A stretch of 15,019 nucleotides of DNA from Octopus sinensis (lineage: Eukaryota). Below the pieces are notes generated by a model, which worked only from the letters and a program-made list of their open reading frames with translations, was not told the origin of the DNA and did not search any database. Both the position numbers and the translations under genes were made by a program. The DNA lies in the NCBI RefSeq assembly GCF_006345805.1, contig NW_021825579.1, positions 1 to 15,019 of the forward strand, written 5' to 3'. This document shows positions 1-8,444 of the stretch, in pieces (position 1 is the stretch's first letter; each line of letters begins with the position of its first letter).

Positions 1-8
1 TCTTTCAC

Positions 9-80
9 TTGCTCGATTAAAGGTGGTGCTCAAGCATGGCCGCAGTCAAATGACTGAAACAAGTAAAAGAGTAAAGAGTA
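9..80 (+). mobile_element. SINE family A, 3' tail fragment
   Basis: ttgctcgattaaaggtggtgctcaagcatggccgcagtcaaatgactgaaacaagtaaaagagtaaagag matches the tail of the copies ending at 12470 (+) and 999 (-). Confidence 0.85.
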
Positions 81-251
81 TAAGTCTTAACTTTCCTGCA
101 GGCCAATTTAAACAATAATATACGTTATCTATGCTGACTGATGGACGGTGCCGATGGAACAGATATGTGCCTTTTCTACTCAAGCTCTCACCAATAAGAT
201 AAGACATCGCTAATCTTTTCTTCCAGACCTGAGGATCGGCAGATACCATTT

Positions 252-560
252 ATTTATTTTTTTTTTTTTTCATTCTTTTTCTCTCCTTCAACTCTTAACC
301 CCCCCCCCGTCTTTTCTTCCTTCCTTCCTTTCACCCATTCTCTTCTCTCTCTCCATCATCTGCTCAAAACTCCAACGATCAGATAAGACACAAGGACAGC
401 GTTAATCTCTGCTTTTCAAACTCTCCAAACCAATCCTGCCTTCCACCAATTTCCCTTCCTTCCTCCTCCTCCCGCTCCTCCTCGTACTCATCCTCCTCCG
501 CCTCCTTATTCTTCTCCCCCCACCTCCTCCTCCTCCTATGCAGTCCTCTATTTCTTCTTT
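252..560. repeat. Pyrimidine-rich low-complexity tract (polyT, polyC, CT, CCT)
   Basis: Directly visible. It explains the G/R-rich ORF 402..638. Confidence 0.85.
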
Positions 561-998
561 CTCCACACTATAAATATTCATTAGATGACATCTGTCTGTG
601 CTGAGCAACAAACGCTCTCCCAAAAGTCTGTGATCCACTAACTGTTTGAAGCAGTTGCAGAGGGCGGGTGTGGGTAGGCAGGAGCGATGGTGGTGGTGGT
701 TGTGGTTACATTGATTGATGGTGGCGTTGATGGTGATGGCGTTTGAGACTTTTCCTGATATGGTGTGTGTGTGTGTGTGTGGAAGTGGGGCGATGTGCTG
801 GTGGTGGTCTTCATGTATCTGGCTATTATTTCTAGTGAACTGAAAAGACTTTGCAGGAGACAGGCTCTCTCTCTCCCTCTCCCCCCTCCCTCTCTCTCAT
901 TCTTTTCTCCCCCTTTTATTTCTGTCACTCTTCATATTTTACTCATAGTTTACAGGCATAAATTTGCGAAAATGTGAAAGTAATACTTCTATGTGATG

Positions 999-1407
999 CT
1001 CTTTACTCTTTTACTTGTTTCAGTCATTTGACTGCAGCCATGCTGGAGCACTGCCTTTAGTCGAGCAACTCAACCCCGGGACTTATTCTATTGTAAGCCC
1101 AGTACTTATTCTATCGGTTTCTTTTGCCGAACCGCTAATCGATGGGGACGTAAACACACCAGCATCGGTTGTCAAGCAATGCTAGGGGGACAAACACAGA
1201 CACACAAACATATACACACACACTTATATATATATACATATATACGACGGGCTTCTTTCAGTTTCCGTCTACCATATCCACTCACAAGGCATTGGTCAGC
1301 CCAAGGCTATAGCAGAAGACACTTGCCCAAGGTGACACGCAGTGGGACTGAACCCGGAACCATGCGGTTGGTAAGCAAGCTACTTACCACACAGCCACTC
1401 CTGCGCC
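999..1407 (-). mobile_element. SINE family A, full-length (tRNA-like head, CORE-like ccttgggcaagt motif, internal (TA)n/(TG)n, gtaaaagag tail)
   Basis: On the minus strand it reads ggcgcaggagtggctgtgtggtaagtag...ggttccgggttcagtcccactgcgtgtcaccttgggcaagtgtctt...gtcaaatgactgaaacaagtaaaagag. A/B-box-like head. About ten related copies or fragments occur in the window. Confidence 0.9.
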
Positions 1408-1757
1408 TATATATATATACGATGGGCTTCTTTCAGTTTCCGTCTACCAAATCCACTCACAAGGCATTGGTCGACCCAAGGCTATAGCAGAAGATACTCG
1501 CCCAAGGTACCACTTAGTGGGACTGAACCCGGAACCATGTGGTTGGTAAGCAAGCTACTTACCACACAGCCACTCCTGCGCCTATATATATATACGATGG
1601 GCTTCTTTCAGTTTCCGTCTACCAAATCCACTCACAAGGCATTGGTCGGCCCAAGGCTATAGCAGAAGACACTTGCCCAAGGTGCCACGCAGTGGGACTG
1701 AACCCGGAACCATGTGATTGGTAAACAAGCTACTTACCACACAGCCACTCCTGCGCC
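1408..1757 (-). mobile_element. Two further SINE-A 5' halves in tandem (175-bp period)
   Basis: cactcctgcgcc ends at 1407, 1582 and 1757. The units are separated by short (TA)n. Confidence 0.9.
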
Positions 1758-1920
1758 TGCATCGGGAATTTATGGAAAGAAGTCCCATAACACTCATCAA
1801 TCTATTTAAAAATAGAGGAGACAAGTTGTTAAGATATGTAAGAGATTGTCTGCAAGAACTAAAATTCTGTAATGCCTTTGATTGGAAGATTGTTGCTTGA
1901 AATTAAACAAGAAGAAGTTT

Positions 1921-2200
1921 ATGTATACATACATACGCATATATATGTATAAATATAGATATACATATGTATGCATATCTCTGGTTATATATATAAATGT
2001 ATATGTTTATATGTATGTATGTATACGTACATACGCATATACATGTATAAATATAGATATACATACGTATGCATATCTCTGGTTATATATATAAATGTAT
2101 ATGTTTATATGTATGTATGTATACGTACATACGCATATACATGTATAAATATAGATATACATATGTATGCATATCTCTGGTTATATGTATAAATAGATAT
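1921..2200. repeat. 98-bp tandem repeat (about 2.8 copies) built from TA/CA low-complexity sequence
   Basis: gcatatctctggttata recurs at a 98-bp period. The ORF track repeats at 1971 and 2069. Confidence 0.85.
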
Positions 2201-2355
2201 CTATATACACACACACATGCACACATGTATACACACACATATATATGGGTATACATGTAAGTATATGTGTATATGTGTGTGTGTGCATGTTATTGGGTAT
2301 GTATATGTGCATATCTGTACATGTGTGTATGCTATTATATATGTATATGTGCATA

Positions 2356-2754
2356 TGAGATAGATGGATAGATAGATAGATAGGTAGGTAGATAGATGGA
2401 TAGATAGGTAGGTAGATAGATGGATGGATAGATAGCTAGGTAGATAGATGGATGGATAGGTAGGTAGGTAGGTAGATAGATGGATGGATAGATAGCTAGG
2501 TAGATAGATAGATTTATAGACAGATAGATGGATGGATAGATAGGTAGGTAGATAGATGGATGGATAGATAGGTAGATAGATAGGTAGGTAGATAGATGGG
2601 TGGATAGATAGCTAGGTAGATAGATTGATTTATAGACAGATAAATGGATGGATAGATAGGTAGGTAGATAGATAGATGGATAGATAGGTAGGTAGATTGA
2701 TGGATGGATAGATAGATAGGTAGATAGATGGATGGATAGATAGCTAGGTAGATA
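2356..2754. repeat. Compound (GATA/GGAT/GGTA)n microsatellite, left part
   Basis: Directly visible, with recurring variant blocks gatagctaggtagatag and gatttatagacaga. Confidence 0.95.
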
Positions 2755-4064
2755 TGTTTCTTTATTAGCACACAGGGCTGCACACAGATAGAACAAATTA
2801 CAAGGTAGAGCTTTTCTTTTGAAGGTTTAAAAAAAAAAAAAAAAAGGAGGGGGAGTTTTCGATCAAAAGGGATCGTAAAAGAGAGAAAGAGGACAAAAGA
2901 AAGGGGGTGTTAAAAAAAAAAAAAAAAAAGGGGGGGAGAGGAAAAAAATTGATCAATAGGGACGTTATCACAGAAATGTCAATATGAAGTGTAAAGGGAG
3001 GACAGGTGAGGTTACCCGTGGAAAGAAAAGCCTACGGAAAGACCACGGTAACCTCGGTCAATGAAGTCCACATTTTATATTTCTTTTTTTTTTTTTTTTT
3101 TTTTTGCAAATAAGCAACTCTCTGTTTTCGATTTCTGGGTTCATAGGACTATGCTCAAGGTGGCTTCGTCATTCATACGTGCCATTCTTGCTACATTCAC
3201 CCATCTTTTTTTAAAACATTCGCTAGACAAAACTTGCCTCTCTACTCTCACTTTCCTTTTCAAGTGGTACTTGAAGAAGTTGATGAGAGATTGACCAGAG
3301 AGGAAAGTGTTTGTCTCCAATCCTTTCAGACGCGTCCACCAGATACTTTCGCCATAGCCACAAGGATGATGAAAATAGCTCTTCCTTCCCGTTTGAACGA
3401 AGGTGGCGTGACAATATTGACGATAGACTCAGCTGATAAACCGACTCGTCCAACACATGACAGCAGTTGTTCGACATAAGCCCACAGGTCGGAAATTGTT
3501 GGACACTGAACGAGTGCGTGCAGAACGGTTTTCGTCGCTCTGACCGCATCTCGGGCAGGTCGGCCCCGTGTTTCTCGAGCCGTGTCTGTAGAGCTTTATC
3601 CCGAAAGGGTAGCGCTTCTTCGTAGCACTGCCAGGCCAGGGATCTCTGGAAGTTGTCCATGGGCCCTGGCCGAAGTCGTCCCGAACAGGCGGGTCAGGTA
3701 CTCCTCGTCGACGTCCAGGTTCGCCCCGAGCTCGTCGTCGTACCTCCCCTCCACTAACCCATAGAATGCTTTGGTTGTGTTGAAGTCACTTAAGGTCGAC
3801 CCAGGACGGCAGAGTTGCTTGAGAGCAACGCGACACTCGCGGTGCCATTCGCCCTTCCTCGGCCTCTTTTTGATCCACGACTGCAGTTCGGTCATGGAGA
3901 CGAGCTGCGGGAAAGCGTGCCTCACAAACGGCGACCACACCTGTTCACCGTCGTCTACATAGAGCCAGAGATGTCACAGTCTCAGCGCGTGTCTGCGCAT
4001 CATCAACCACGGCATGCCCAGCCCTCCTTTTAACGGGTGTTGACAGCAAATGGATCGCCTGACC
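2755..4064 (-). mobile_element. 5'-truncated non-LTR retrotransposon, L1/Tx1 clade (3' ~1.3 kb)
   Basis: ORF2 C-terminal remnant, a ~385-bp 3' UTR ending AATAAAGAAACAT, and a 15-bp direct repeat ATAGCTAGGTAGATA at 2740-2754 and 4065-4079. Confidence 0.85.
3141..4063 (-). pseudogene. Disrupted ORF2 C-terminus of the Tx1/L1-like LINE (GGLG motif, CCHC zinc knuckle)
   Basis: Manual translation across frameshifts: VRRSICCQHPLKGGLGMPWLMMRRHALRL*HLWLYVDDGEQVWSPFVRHAFPQL...DNFQRSLAWQCY..ALPFRDK/LYRHGSRNTGPTCPRCGQSDE/TVLHALVQCPTISDLWAYVEQLLS...AMAK/..WWTRLKGLETNTFLSGQSLINFFKYHLKRKVRVERQVLSSECFKKRWVNVARMARMNDEATLSIVL*. The CPRC-x8-H-x4-C knuckle and PxxxGGLGxP are L1/Tx1 ORF2 hallmarks. In-frame TGA at 3976-3974. 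Confidence 0.85.
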
Positions 4065-4228
4065 ATAGCTAGGTAGATAGATAGATAGATTTATAGACAG
4101 ATAGATGGATGGATAGATAGGTGGGTAAATAGATGGATGGATAGATAGGTAGGTAGGGAGATAGATTTATTGACAGATAGATGGATGGATAGATAGGTAG
4201 GTAGATAGATGGATGGATACATAGATAG
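4065..4228. repeat. Compound (GATA/GGAT)n microsatellite, right part
   Basis: Continues the 2356-2754 array on the other side of the LINE. Confidence 0.95.
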
Positions 4229-4494
4229 GACCATTTTGAAAGTACATTTTATGTTTTGTCTTGCGCTATCTTTCTTTAACACAAATTTCCTGTTGGTGTT
4301 AAAGTCAGGCTAACATTTCCATTTCCTCGGAATCCAGTAAAACCAGAAAATATGAAGCAAATGCCAAGTAACCTTCAGAAAAAAAACTCTGAACAATTAA
4401 GTGTTCGTATTCACGCCGTAATAATAATATTTAATGACAGCAAACATACAGGAAATCAACCAAAAAAAGATTAAAAAAAAAAAAAGACCAAAAA

Positions 4495-4904
4495 GGCACA
4501 GGAGTTACTGTGTGGTAAGTAGCTTCTAACCAACCACATGGTTCCGGGTTCAGTCCCACTGCGTGGCACCTTGGGCAAGTGTCTTCTGCTATACCCTCGG
4601 GCCGACCAAAGCCTTGTGAGTGGATTTTGTAGACGGAAACCGAAAGAAGCCCGTCATATTATGTGTATATATATTATATATATATATATATATATAATAT
4701 ATATAATATATATATATATAATATATATATATATGCGTGTGTGTGTTATGTGTCTGTGTTTGTCCCCTAGCATTGCTTGACAACCGATGCTGGTGTGTTT
4801 ATGTCCCCGATACTTAGTGGTTCGGCAAAAGAGACCGATAATAAGTACTGGGCTTACAAAAGAATAAGTCCCGGGTCGAGTTGCTTGATTTAAAGGTGGT
4901 GCTC
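4495..4904 (+). mobile_element. SINE family A, tail truncated
   Basis: ggcacaggagttactgtgtggtaagtag...(TA)n...aaaggtggtgctc. It lacks the terminal ...gtcaaatgactgaaacaag. Confidence 0.9.
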
Positions 4905-4905
4905 T

Positions 4906-5211
4906 ACCCTGGGACTATTCGAGATTGTAAGCCCAGTACTTATTCTATCAGTCTCTTTTGCTGAACCGCTAAGTGACAGGGACGTAAACACACCAGCATC
5001 GGTTGTCAAGCAATGCTAGGGTGACAAACACACACACATACACATATATACATATACATATATACAACAGGCTTCTTTCAGTTTCCGTCTACCAAATCCA
5101 CTCACAAGGCATTGGTCGGCCCGGGGCTATAGCAGAAGACACCTGCCCAAGATGCCACGCAGTGGGACTGAACCCGGAACCATGTGGTTGGTTAGCAAGC
5201 TACTTACCACA
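4906..5211 (-). mobile_element. SINE family A, tail truncated, inverted against the 4495-4904 copy
   Basis: Reverse-complement match from gggactattc to gctacttaccaca. Confidence 0.9.
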
Positions 5212-5255
5212 TATATACCAGGAGTAAGTTGATGACATCAGCCCCACTGAAAGAT

Positions 5256-5337
5256 CTGAACTCAGAATGTGAAGACAGTTGAAATGTTGCTTAGCATTTT
5301 GCCCAGCATGCTAATGATTCTGCTGGGTCACCACCTT
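5256..5337 (-). mobile_element. Degenerate SINE family B tRNA-like head
   Basis: The minus strand reads aaggtggtgacccagcagaatcattagcatgctgggcaaaatgctaagc...cattctgagttcaga, similar to the head at 6392. It abuts (AAT)n. Confidence 0.6.
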
Positions 5338-5603
5338 AATAATAATAATGATGATAATAATAATAATTATGATAACAATAATAAATGTTGCTATCACCAA
5401 CTGGCTGGGTAGTTTCCTTAATGAAATTGGTGTAATTATGAGAAATATATTAATACAGAAATCTGTTCTATCAGAAATGTCAATGTTTATTTGAAAGGTT
5501 TGCGGAGTCTAAGGAAACAAAAATAACAACAACAACAATAATAATAATCATAATAATAATAATATATAAAAGATGGGATACAGCAAATATTCTGCTCAAT
5601 AAT

Positions 5604-6152
5604 GCCCTGATGCAGTACCAGGCAGTGGCTCTCATGGCTTCTGATCTTAACTGATTGGAAGTGTTATCATGTACATTGTTTTGTCTTGGTATAAAAGATG
5701 GGCTACAGCAAATATTCTGCTCAATACCATAGATTTGCTTGTCAGTTGTTTGACCTTAACCAGTTGAGCATGTCCCCTTAGTGGCTGATGATATGTGCAT
5801 CTCTGATCAGGAGCAGAAGTAGTGGGGGAGCATCATAGCCATGTGTTGAGAGGGATTCTTGGGGTTGAATAATTCACCTCTGGAAACATGGGTGGTTCTT
5901 TCAACATCCTTAAACAACCCTTATCAGGGACCTTTGAGTGGGATGGGCTACTCAACCTGAAGAAAATTCTAACTAGGCCCACCTGCAAGGTCATGTGCTG
6001 TTATCTTGATATGAGATCACCATGTCGCGCACATATGGTTGTGATGCATGTGCCTGGTGTGCTCTTATCAGACAAGTAGTCATGATGTGTATATTGGGCT
6101 TCGTATATTTTACCCCAGTGTCACTTTGATGGCATGCTCTGCTCGCTCACTC
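5604..6152 (-). mobile_element. ~549-bp non-coding interspersed element with an (ATT)n tail, no tRNA head recognised
   Basis: Closely matches 8818-9330. Both copies share the same two ends (gagtgag... and ...gcatcagggc) and are flanked by AAT repeats. Strand is inferred from the fixed 3' end and the truncation pattern at 8445-8814. Confidence 0.75.
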
Positions 6153-6200
<48 letters not shown>

Positions 6201-6201
<1 letters not shown>

Positions 6202-6392
6202 GTTTCAAATTTTGGCACATGGTCAGCTATTTCGGGGGAGGGGTAGGTCAAATACATTGATCCAATATTCAACACGTATTTATTTTATTGACCCCAAAAT
6301 GTTGAAATGTAAAGTCATCCTCGGCAGAATTTGAACTCAGAATGTAAAGACGAATGCCTGGCGAGATTACAATCCTGCCAGCTTGCCGCCTT
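6201..6392 (-). mobile_element. SINE family B (variant tail ...gtgccaaaatttgaaact(att)n)
   Basis: The minus strand reads aaggcggcaagctggcag...ttctgagttcaaattctgccgaggatgacttt...ggggtcaataaaataaatac...aaaatttgaaact, followed by (ATT)n at 6200-6153. Confidence 0.7.
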
Positions 6393-6467
6393 ATTCGATA
6401 ACAATAATAATGATAATAATCATAATTACAATGATGAAGAGGATAAGGAAAGTGATAATGAACTTAC

Positions 6468-6600
6468 CGACTTCACTATTGTTGTCTACATTTTGGGACG
6501 AGTTGGTGTTTGACTGACTTGTCGGAACTGGAGTGTCTCCCGACCTTGATGATTGAGTGTCATCCTGTTGACTGAAGTTCAAATTTTGTGAAGGAGGTCT
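6468..6600 (-). CDS. Meis: Meis/homothorax coding exon (linker between HM domain and homeodomain), phase 0 to phase 1
   Basis: Acceptor tttcctatttccatcccactag| and donor G|GTAAGT. Only one frame is open over the 133 bp: RPPSQNLNFSQQDDTQSSRSGDTPVPTSQSNTNSSQNVDNNSEV(G). DDTQSSRSGDTP and DNNSEVG resemble DDTASTRSGGTP and DNSSEQG of vertebrate MEIS (recalled). It is in frame with exon 14767-14612. Confidence 0.85.
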
Positions 6601-6674
6601 CTAGTGGGATGGAAATAGGAAATATTGCATTATATTTTGTTATACACACACATACATATATACACAAGCAATAT

Positions 6675-6835
6675 ACACTCTGTGGGGTAGTCAGTGCTAT
6701 GGAAGGACATCTCGCCATAAAAACCATGCAAAAGCAGACACAAAGGTCTGGTGCAGTCTTCTGACTTGCTAGCTCCAGTCAAACCATCCAGCCCATGCCA
6801 GGATGGAGAAGCAGATGTTAAACGATGATGGTGAT
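6675..6835 (+). mobile_element. Degenerate RTE-related non-autonomous element ((GAT)n tail)
   Basis: ggaaggacatc...aaaccatccagcccatgccaggatggagaagcagatgttaaacgatgatgg. Related in reverse to 7258-7410. Confidence 0.55.
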
Positions 6836-6839
6836 ATAT

Positions 6840-7225
6840 GGATGGCAGCTCTCCATCAGTTACGACGACGAGGGTTCCGGTTGATCCGATCAACGGAACA
6901 GCCTGCTCGTGAAATTAACGTGTACGTGGCTGAGCACTCCACAGACACGTGTACCCTTAACGTAGTTCTCGGGGATATTCAGCATGACACAGAGGGTGAC
7001 AAAGCCGGCCCTTTGAAATACAAGTACAACAGCAACAGGAAGAAAGAGTGAGAAAAGTTGTGGTGAAAGTACAGCAGGTATCACCACCATCCCCTGCCGG
7101 AGCCTTGTGGAGCTTTAGTGTTTTTGCTCAATAACACTCACAACGCCCGGTCTGGGATCGAATCGAAACCGCGATCCTACGACTGCGAGTCCCGCCTGCG
7201 CCTAACCAGTGGGACATGCGCCTCC
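6840..7225 (-). mobile_element. SINE family C (tRNA-derived head) with 13-bp TSD
   Basis: Minus-strand head ggaggcgcatgtcccactggttagg...gtttcgattcgatcccagacc. The body matches 13425-13779. GATGGTGATATAT is present at 6827-6839 and 7226-7238. Confidence 0.85.
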
Positions 7226-7257
7226 GATGGTGATATATACATATGTAACACACACTT

Positions 7258-7590
7258 ATCATCGTTTACTGTCCATTTTCCATGCTGGCATGGATTGGAC
7301 GGTTTGACAGGTCTGGAAAGCCAGTGGCTGCACCAGGCTCCAATCTGATCTGGCAATGTTTCTACAGCCGGATGCCCTTCCTAATGCCAACCACTCCGAG
7401 AGTGTAGTGGGTGCCTTTTACATGCTACCGGCACAGGAGCCAGCCAGGTGGTCCCTGCCATCGATCACATTCAGAAAGCGCTTTTTACTAGTGCCGGCAG
7501 CACGGAAGCCCGTCGAGGGGTACTGGCATCAACTACGTTCAGATGATGCAGTTTATGTGCCACCGAAGTAGGAGCCAGTGAGGGGGCACA
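7258..7590 (-). mobile_element. RTE-related non-autonomous element
   Basis: The minus strand has ttaggaagggcatccggctgtagaaac (recalled as a motif of RTE-clade 5' UTRs) and a 3' end ccgtccaatccatgccagcatggaaaatggacagtaaacgatgat. The upper boundary is approximate. Confidence 0.6.
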
Positions 7591-7629
7591 GGCCATAGCT
7601 ATAGATATTGTCATCGTCATTATCATCAT

Positions 7630-7852
7630 CTATTTCTTTACTACCCACAAGGGGTTAAACATAGGGGGGACAAACAAGGACAGACAAAGGGATTAAGTTG
7701 ATTATATCGACCCCAGTGCGTAACTGGTACTTATTTAATCGACCCCGAAAGGATGAAAGGCAAAGTCGACCTCAGCGGAATTTGAACTCAGAACGTAGTG
7801 GCAGACGAAATACCTATTTCTTTACTACCCACAAGGGGCTAAAAATAGAGGG
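7630..7852 (-). mobile_element. SINE family B 184-bp unit plus 40 bp of a preceding tandem unit
   Basis: Reverse complement of 14304-14487. ctatttctttactacccacaagggg occurs twice (7630, 7814). Confidence 0.85.
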
Positions 7853-7985
7853 GACCGATAGAATAAGTACTGGGCGTACAAAGAATAAGTCCCGGGTTCG
7901 ATTTGATCGAGTAAAGGCGGTGCTCCAGCATGGTCGCAGTCAAATGACTGAAACAAGTAAAAGAGTGAAAGAGAGAGAGAGAGAG
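7853..7985 (+). mobile_element. SINE family A 3' half
   Basis: gaccgatagaataagtactggg...gtcaaatgactgaaacaagtaaaagagtgaaagag. Confidence 0.85.
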
Positions 7986-8240
7986 TACAAATTTATCGTT
8001 GTTGAACAAGAACATTGTTTGAGAATAGTTACTTCGAAGTCACTGTCAACAACAAGAATAACATGACACAAAAGGAAGTTATATTTCAACAGAATTACCA
8101 AAACAAAAAAGGCTAAAACTTACTTTGTAATCTAAAGACTCTGTGCTTAATGTTTCTAACAGCACCTGGAAATATAGAAAGCATAACAAATAATAATAAT
8201 AATAATACTAATATCACGAACAATAACAACAGCAACAACA

Positions 8241-8394
8241 TTCCAGAATTTGGCATAAGGCAATCTCAGCTGTAATGGGTACAGAGTCAATTAAGTAGAA
8301 TGACCCTCAGTACTTGATTTGCAATTTATTTTATCAATCCCGAAATGATGAAATGTGAAGTCAACCTCAACTGAATTTGAACCCAGGACACAAA

Positions 8395-8398
<4 letters not shown>
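8241..8398 (-). mobile_element. Highly degenerate SINE family B (variant tail)
   Basis: gaatttggcataagg...tttattttatcaatcccgaaatgatgaaatgtgaagtcaacctcaactgaatttgaaccca parallels 6201-6345. Confidence 0.55.
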
Positions 8399-8434
<36 letters not shown>

Positions 8435-8444
8435 TAATAATAAT

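Noticed and set aside
712-721. TGATTGATGG, and TGATGGATGG at 2698-2707: Pbx/Hox-type sites suggesting Meis autoregulation
   Set aside because: Both lie in GAT/GGT-rich simple repeats where such words arise by chance. No conservation evidence is available.
46-977. ORFs 46..249, 402..638, 638..928 and 765..977 as the next Meis exon
   Set aside because: None contains the expected GD...S...KKRGIFPK or homeodomain sequence. Most are translations of simple repeats.
1758-1900. Protein-like stretch HREFMERSPITLINLFKNRGDKLLRYVRDCLQELKFCNAFDWKIVA on the plus strand
   Set aside because: Only ~45 codons, antisense to Meis, with no recognisable family or splice acceptor. It could be an old retroelement fragment, but I cannot support a call.
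2335-2796. 153-aa and 89-aa ORFs (YLSIYLPT...), also 4091..4282
   Set aside because: Translation of the (ATCT/ATCC)n microsatellite.
3223-3940. ORFs 3223..3660 and 3596..3940 as separate genes
   Set aside because: They are frameshifted pieces of one Tx1-like ORF2 remnant.
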